From: an uncultured delta proteobacterium
Lineage (GTDB): Bacteria; Myxococcota; UBA727; VGSZ01
Direction: 5' to 3'
NCBI GenBank assembly: GCA_963775425.1
Contig: CAVZJB010000012.1
Span: 256,001 to 320,000, forward strand
Length of the DNA: 64,000 bases
Below, one piece after another: positions 58,993-64,000 of this stretch. A model generated the notes under the pieces. It was given only the letters and a program-made list of their open reading frames with translations. It searched no databases and was not told where the DNA came from. Positions within the stretch are counted from its first letter, which is position 1; the number at the start of each line of letters is the position of its first letter. Both the position numbers and the translations under genes were made by a program.

Positions 58993-61900
58993 TCACGCGA
59001 ACAGCGCGCGCCGGTGGCCCGCCCAGACCCGCAGGAGCGCGAGCAGGCGGTCCACCTCCACGGGCTTGGAGAGGTAGTCGCTCGCCCCGGCCCGCAGGCA
59101 ACGCTCCTGATCGTCCGGCATGGCGCGCGCGGTGAGCGCGATGACGGGGAGCGCGTCGAAGCGCGGGTCCGCGCGGATCTTGCGGATGGCCTCGTGCCCG
59201 TCCATCACGGGCATCATGATGTCCATCAACACGAGATCGACGGAGGCGTCGCGCTCGAGCTCGTCGAGCGCCTCCTTGCCGTTGCGCGCGATGCGGACGC
59301 GGGCGCGCTGCTCCTCGAGGACGCGCGTGAGGGCGTAGACGTTGCGGATGTCGTCGTCGACGATGAGGATGTTCTTGTGCTCGAGGGCGCGGTCGCGCTT
59401 GCGGATCTCGGCGAGCAAGCGCTGGTGGTCCTCCGGCAGCTCCTCCTCCACCTTGTGGAGGAACAGCGTGACCTCGTGGAGCAGCCGCTCTGGGGAGCGC
59501 GCGCCCTTGAGGACGATGGTGCGCGCGTAGCGTTGGAGGCGCTCCTGCTCGTCGGCCGAGAGGTCGCGCCCCGTGTAGATGATCACCGGCGGGTGCGCGA
59601 AGCGCTCACCGGCGGCCATGGTCTCCACGAGCTCGAAGCCGGACATGTCGGGCAGCCCGAGGTCGAGGACCACGCAGTCGAAGGTGACGCGCGCGAGCTC
59701 TTCGAGGGCGGCCGCCGCCGTCTGCGCGATGACGACGTCGAGGTCGTCCTGCGCGAGGAGCGCGCGGATGGCGTCGCGCTGCGCCGCGTTGTCCTCGACG
59801 ACCAGCACCCGCTTCACTGGCTGCCGCGCCCGCGCCGCGATCTCCGAGAGCGTGCGCACGATCTCTTCGCGCTTGGCGGGCTTGAGCATGGTGGAGACGG
59901 CGCCCATCTCCCGCGCGCTCTGCGTGCAGTCGAGGACCGAGAGCACGTGCACGGGGATGTGGCGGCTGCGCGGCGAGGCCTTGAGCTGATCGAGGACGGC
60001 GAGGCCGCTCATGTCCGGCAGCTTCATGTCGAGGATGATGGCGTCGGGGCGGTGCTCGCACGCCAGCGCCAGCCCGTCGGCGCCGGTGGTCGCGATGAGA
60101 CACTGGTGGTCGAGGCCGTGCACGAGGTCGTGCAGCACGAACGCGAAGTGCTCGTCGTCCTCGATGACGAGCACGGTGCGGCGTGAGCCGTCGAGCGCGT
60201 CGCGATCGTCGGCGACGCTTCGATCGCGCTCGGCACCACGAGGCGAAGAACGCGCGGCGATTGTGGCCGGCGGCGTCGCCGGGCGCGCGCCACCGTCGGC
60301 GGCGCGCGCGCTCGGAAGCGTGCGCGGGATGCGCAGCGTGAACGTGCTCCCCTCGCCGAGGGCGCTGTCCACCTCGATGTCGCCACCCATGAGGGCCGCG
60401 AGCCGCTGGGCGATGGAGAGGCCGAGGCCCGTGCCCTCGGGGCGGGCGCCGTTTTCGACCTGGTGAAACGCGTCGAAGATGCGCCCGATCTCCTCGGGGG
60501 CGATGCCGGCGCCGGTGTCGCGCACGCGGAACACCGCCCGCTCACCCTCGGCGGAGAAGGTGGCTTCGACGGCGCCCTGCTCGGTGAACTTGACGGCGTT
60601 GGCGAGGAGGTTGCGCAGGATCTGCTCGAGCCGGCCGCGGTCGGTGTGGAGGCGGGCGTCGCCGGGCGCCGTGTCGATGGTGAGCGCGAGGTTCTTTCGC
60701 TGCGCCAGGGGGCGGAAGGAGCGCTCGATGTCCGCGGCGAGCTCGGCGAGGGTGAAGCTCGAGGCCTCGACGTTCAGCTTGCCGGCCTCGACCTTGGAGA
60801 TGTCCAGCACGTCGTTGATCAAGCCGAGGAGGTCGTTGCCGGCGTGATGGATGGTCTCGGCGTACTTGACCTGCTCCGCCGTCAGGTTGCCGCCGCGGTT
60901 GTCGGCGAGGAGCCGCGCGAGGATGAGGGCGCTGTTGAGCGGCGTACGCAGCTCGTGGGACATGTTGGCGAGGAACTCGGACTTGTACTTGCTGGCGCGC
61001 TCGAGCTCGGCGGTCTTCTGTTCGAGGGCCTGCGTCACGCGCCGCAGCGAGTCGTTGCGCTCCTCGAGCTCGGCGTGCTGCTCCTCGAGCCGCGCCTGCG
61101 ACTCCTGCAGCGTGGCGGACTGGCGCTCGAGCTCGACGTTGATCTCCTGCAGCTCGCGCCGCCGCTCCTCGAGCTCGGCGGCCTGCACGCGCGACGTCTC
61201 GAGGAGCTCGCGCTGATGCTCCTGGTAGTGGGACGAGCGGAACGCCGCGCCGATGGGCTCGGCGATCTGCGTCAGGTATGCCTCGGCGAGCGCCGGCGCC
61301 TTGCCGCTGAAGCCGAGCTCGATGACGCCGGCGACGCCGCCGTTGGCCGGCAGCGGCGCCACGATCACCTCGCGCGGCGGGGCGACGCCGAGCCCGGAGC
61401 TGACGTCGGCATAGCCGCGCGGCACGTCGCTGAGCCGGATGATGCGCCGGTCGCGCGCGGCCTGACCGACGAGCCCCTCGCCCATCCCGAACGCCGGCGC
61501 GGACCGCATGCGCTCCGGGGAGACCGCGTAGCCGCCCACGAGCTTGAAGGGCGCGTGGTCGCGCGACGCGAACAGCGCACCCGTGTGGGCTCCGAGGCGC
61601 TTGCACGCCTCGGCCACCACCCGCGCGGCGAGCTGCACGCCGTCGCGCTCGCCCTGCATGGTCTCGGACAGCCGCGCCTGCCCCTCCTTCAACCAGTGGT
61701 CGGTCTGGATGCGGGTCCGCGAGACGACGAATCGCGAAGTGACCACCGCCATGACCCAGATGACCAGCGCGCCGATCTCCCGGTTCTTGAGGGCGATCTC
61801 GTCGATGCTGCCCTGCGGGGAGTGGTGGAAGCCGAGCGCCAGCAGCCCGGTGCTGACCGCCGCGGTGGCGAGCGGGACCCAGGCGCGGGACGCGAACAGG

Positions 61901-62049
61901 CAGACGACGACCGGGGCGAGATAGAGGAGCCACTCGTGCAGGCCGCGCGGCAGCCGCAGGTCGAAGACGAAGACGACGACTTCGAGCGCGACGACGCCGG
62001 CGACGACGAAGAGGTCCTGTCTACGGGCTTGCGGGAGGCTCGGCGGCAT
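58993..62049 (-). CDS. Membrane hybrid histidine kinase (TM-GAF-coiled coil-HisKA-HATPase-3 receivers)
   Basis: GEGLVGQAA GAF; SHELRTPLNS; NLLANAVKFT; receivers IEDD/ILD, VEDN/VLD, VDDD/LMD. Confidence 0.93.
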   Translation of the reverse strand: MPPSLPQARRQDLFVVAGVVALEVVVFVFDLRLPRGLHEWLLYLAPVVVCLFASRAWVPLATAAVSTGLLALGFHHSPQGSIDEIALKNREIGALVIWVMAVVTSRFVVSRTRIQTDHWLKEGQARLSETMQGERDGVQLAARVVAEACKRLGAHTGALFASRDHAPFKLVGGYAVSPERMRSAPAFGMGEGLVGQAARDRRIIRLSDVPRGYADVSSGLGVAPPREVIVAPLPANGGVAGVIELGFSGKAPALAEAYLTQIAEPIGAAFRSSHYQEHQRELLETSRVQAAELEERRRELQEINVELERQSATLQESQARLEEQHAELEERNDSLRRVTQALEQKTAELERASKYKSEFLANMSHELRTPLNSALILARLLADNRGGNLTAEQVKYAETIHHAGNDLLGLINDVLDISKVEAGKLNVEASSFTLAELAADIERSFRPLAQRKNLALTIDTAPGDARLHTDRGRLEQILRNLLANAVKFTEQGAVEATFSAEGERAVFRVRDTGAGIAPEEIGRIFDAFHQVENGARPEGTGLGLSIAQRLAALMGGDIEVDSALGEGSTFTLRIPRTLPSARAADGGARPATPPATIAARSSPRGAERDRSVADDRDALDGSRRTVLVIEDDEHFAFVLHDLVHGLDHQCLIATTGADGLALACEHRPDAIILDMKLPDMSGLAVLDQLKASPRSRHIPVHVLSVLDCTQSAREMGAVSTMLKPAKREEIVRTLSEIAARARQPVKRVLVVEDNAAQRDAIRALLAQDDLDVVIAQTAAAALEELARVTFDCVVLDLGLPDMSGFELVETMAAGERFAHPPVIIYTGRDLSADEQERLQRYARTIVLKGARSPERLLHEVTLFLHKVEEELPEDHQRLLAEIRKRDRALEHKNILIVDDDIRNVYALTRVLEEQRARVRIARNGKEALDELERDASVDLVLMDIMMPVMDGHEAIRKIRADPRFDALPVIALTARAMPDDQERCLRAGASDYLSKPVEVDRLLALLRVWAGHRRALFA

Positions 62050-62059
62050 CGAGGTGACC

Positions 62060-63664
62060 CTACACGACGAAATTCCTGTCGTCGCCGGTGACGAGCACCT
62101 CGTCCCAGTCATCGCGCACGTGCAGCGACGCGGCCTTGATGTCCCCGGCGCGCTGGCCGCGGGCGACGCAGGCACGCTCGTATTTTCGCAGCGCGTCGAC
62201 GACGCCGACGACGTCGACGGCGCCGAGCTGGCCGAGCTCCCGCGCGTAGCGGTACGGGTGGCCGACGCGCAGCGCGTCCTCGACGGCGCGCGCGAGGGCG
62301 GCGCGAGCGGCGGGCGGAGGGAGCGGAGGGAGCGGCCCAGGTCGATCGGGGGCGGGATCGCACTCCAGGTAGAGCCGGTAGTGGGGCGGACTGCCCTCCG
62401 GCCTGCGCGGCGCGAGCATGGCGAAGCGCGCGCGGCAGGGGCCGAGGACGCGCGCGACGGCGGCGTCGACGACGCCGCCGACGAACGCCGCAGACAGCTT
62501 CTCGCCCACGAGGTCGCTCGTCATGGCGCGGCCGATGAAGCGCACGCGCGGCGTGGCCTGGGCGCGGCCGGCGACGACGACGCGGTCGCCGAGCCGGTAG
62601 CGCACGAGGCCGGCGCTCGTGGTGAGCAGCACCTCGTAGCTGCGGCCGTCCTCGATCTCGTGGGCGAAGCAGGCGCGGCCGTCGTCGTCGAGGAACTCGA
62701 GGACGTGAGAGCGCACTGCGAGGACGGGCGCGTCGCTGCCGCCGTCGGCGGGCCACGGGATGGATACGGCCCCCTCGACGGCGAGGAGCCCCTTGCCCTG
62801 GATGGGGACGCCGGGCAGGCGCGCGCGCACGTCGTCGACGAACAGGGCCGACGACGCGTCGGTCCACATGGAGACGAGCGACAGCCGCGGCCACAGCGCC
62901 CGCAGCGATCGCGGTCGCCGCCCGCCGTCGCGCCCGGTCGCGACACCGGTGGGCGCGCCCTGGAGCTCCTCGACGGCGTCGAGCAGCAGCGTGAGGAAGG
63001 TGGGGCTCCACACCGAGATGAGCGTGAGGTCGCGGCGCTCGGCCAACAGCCGCGCCGTCTCACGGCGGCACGCGTCGACGTCTCCTGTGAGGGCGACGTC
63101 GTCGGGGACGGCGAGCACGCGCGCGAGCAGCGGCCGCAGGAAGCCGGGGAAGTACGCGCTGTCCGGCGCGCCGATGGGGACGCCGCCGGCGGTCTCGCGC
63201 GGCCGATCGCCGAGCGGCGACACCGACCAATAGGCGCAGCCGCCGGCGACGCCGGGCGTGCGCGCGTAGAGCGAGAACAGCCACGGTTGCAACGCGCGGT
63301 TCATCTCCTCGAGGAACGGGCGCGTCATCGGCAAGAGCTTCTGCGCGCCCGACGATCCTCCCGAGCGCTCGAAGCGAATCACGGGCGAGCGCGTGAGCGC
63401 GGTGCGCGCGCCGCCGGCGACGCGCTCGACGTCGAGATCCTCGTAGCGCGTGAGCGGCAGGGCCTGCAGCTCGTCGAGCGTGCGCACGCCGTCGAGCGCG
63501 CGCACCTCGCGGCGGACGCGCGCGAACGCCGCCTCCTGCGCCCGGCGCGGATCGCGCAGCGCGCGCGCGAACGCCGCTGCCGCCGGCGCCATGGCCGCCG
63601 CGAGCGGGCCGGTGATCGCCTGCGCGGGGACGAGGCCGCGACCCATGGCGCGCGTCCGGCTCAC
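62060..63664 (-). CDS. GH3 auxin-responsive family acyl-adenylate/amido synthetase
   Basis: LPLTRYED, RSGGSSGAQKLLP, KGLLAVEG, GLVRYRLGD, GEKL, YRYARELGQL; start is GTG 63664 (coupled) or ATG 63646. Confidence 0.88.
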   Translation of the reverse strand: MSRTRAMGRGLVPAQAITGPLAAAMAPAAAAFARALRDPRRAQEAAFARVRREVRALDGVRTLDELQALPLTRYEDLDVERVAGGARTALTRSPVIRFERSGGSSGAQKLLPMTRPFLEEMNRALQPWLFSLYARTPGVAGGCAYWSVSPLGDRPRETAGGVPIGAPDSAYFPGFLRPLLARVLAVPDDVALTGDVDACRRETARLLAERRDLTLISVWSPTFLTLLLDAVEELQGAPTGVATGRDGGRRPRSLRALWPRLSLVSMWTDASSALFVDDVRARLPGVPIQGKGLLAVEGAVSIPWPADGGSDAPVLAVRSHVLEFLDDDGRACFAHEIEDGRSYEVLLTTSAGLVRYRLGDRVVVAGRAQATPRVRFIGRAMTSDLVGEKLSAAFVGGVVDAAVARVLGPCRARFAMLAPRRPEGSPPHYRLYLECDPAPDRPGPLPPLPPPAARAALARAVEDALRVGHPYRYARELGQLGAVDVVGVVDALRKYERACVARGQRAGDIKAASLHVRDDWDEVLVTGDDRNFVV

Positions 63665-64000
63665 GACGAGGGGGAGGCGTCGCGGGGGAGCGCGCCGCGC
63701 TCGGCGAGCGGGGCGCGCCGGCCGCCCAGCGCGCGCCGCAGTTGCTTCCAGAAGAAGCGCGGGCCGAGCGCGAAGTCGATCTCGGCGAAGCACACGAGCT
63801 CGTCGCCGTGGCGCCAGCCGGGGTTCTTGTCCGCGAAGAACGCGACGTCGGGCTCCGCGAGCGTCTCTTTGTCGAGCGGCGCCACGGCGTGCTTCACGCG
63901 GTCGTGCGGCACGCAGTAGCGCAGCACCTCGGCGCCCGCGTCGTAGTCGTCGCCCCACCACGCGCGCGCGACGCGGTCGCGCAGCGCGCGCAGCTCCGGC
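63661..64000 (-). CDS. 3' part of a protein coupled upstream of GH3 (possibly GNAT-like), truncated by the window edge
   Basis: Open to the window end; C-terminal PDVAFFADKNPGWRHGDELVC motif. Confidence 0.6.
   Translation of the reverse strand, partial: PELRALRDRVARAWWGDDYDAGAEVLRYCVPHDRVKHAVAPLDKETLAEPDVAFFADKNPGWRHGDELVCFAEIDFALGPRFFWKQLRRALGGRRAPLAERGALPRDASPSS

Overview
Very GC-rich (visually >70%) bacterial DNA, most likely an uncultured Myxococcota/deltaproteobacterium, judged from a Hanks-type Ser/Thr kinase, a DUF4388-PilZ protein, (EG)n-linker lipoproteins and a DUF1501/DUF1549-like heme system. About 55 genes. I found no rRNA, tRNA, CRISPR array or transposase. All family calls are from motif recognition by eye; no database was searched. 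The best candidate for an undescribed system is a lipid/small-molecule biosynthetic cluster at 38557-47427: ASPIC/UnbV + UnbU/RnfD-like pair, a His-box hydroxylase, a DarB/StlD-type ketosynthase fused to a heme-oxygenase-like diiron domain, a desaturase and a ferritin-like diiron protein, with no ACP or PKS. Other notable items: (i) an aminotransferase-GNAT-aminotransferase fusion whose two transaminase halves carry complementary active-site parts; (ii) an APS kinase facing an operon of Thr/Ser-nucleophile sulfatase/alkaline-phosphatase-superfamily proteins with Tyr-containing terminal motifs; (iii) a histidine kinase with a Cys4 zinc ribbon inserted in its DHp hairpin, near a Ser/Thr kinase-receiver fusion; (iv) a window-wide leaderless-promoter signature, including a symmetric bidirectional element; (v) two palindromic repeat families, with copies lying in frame inside genes.
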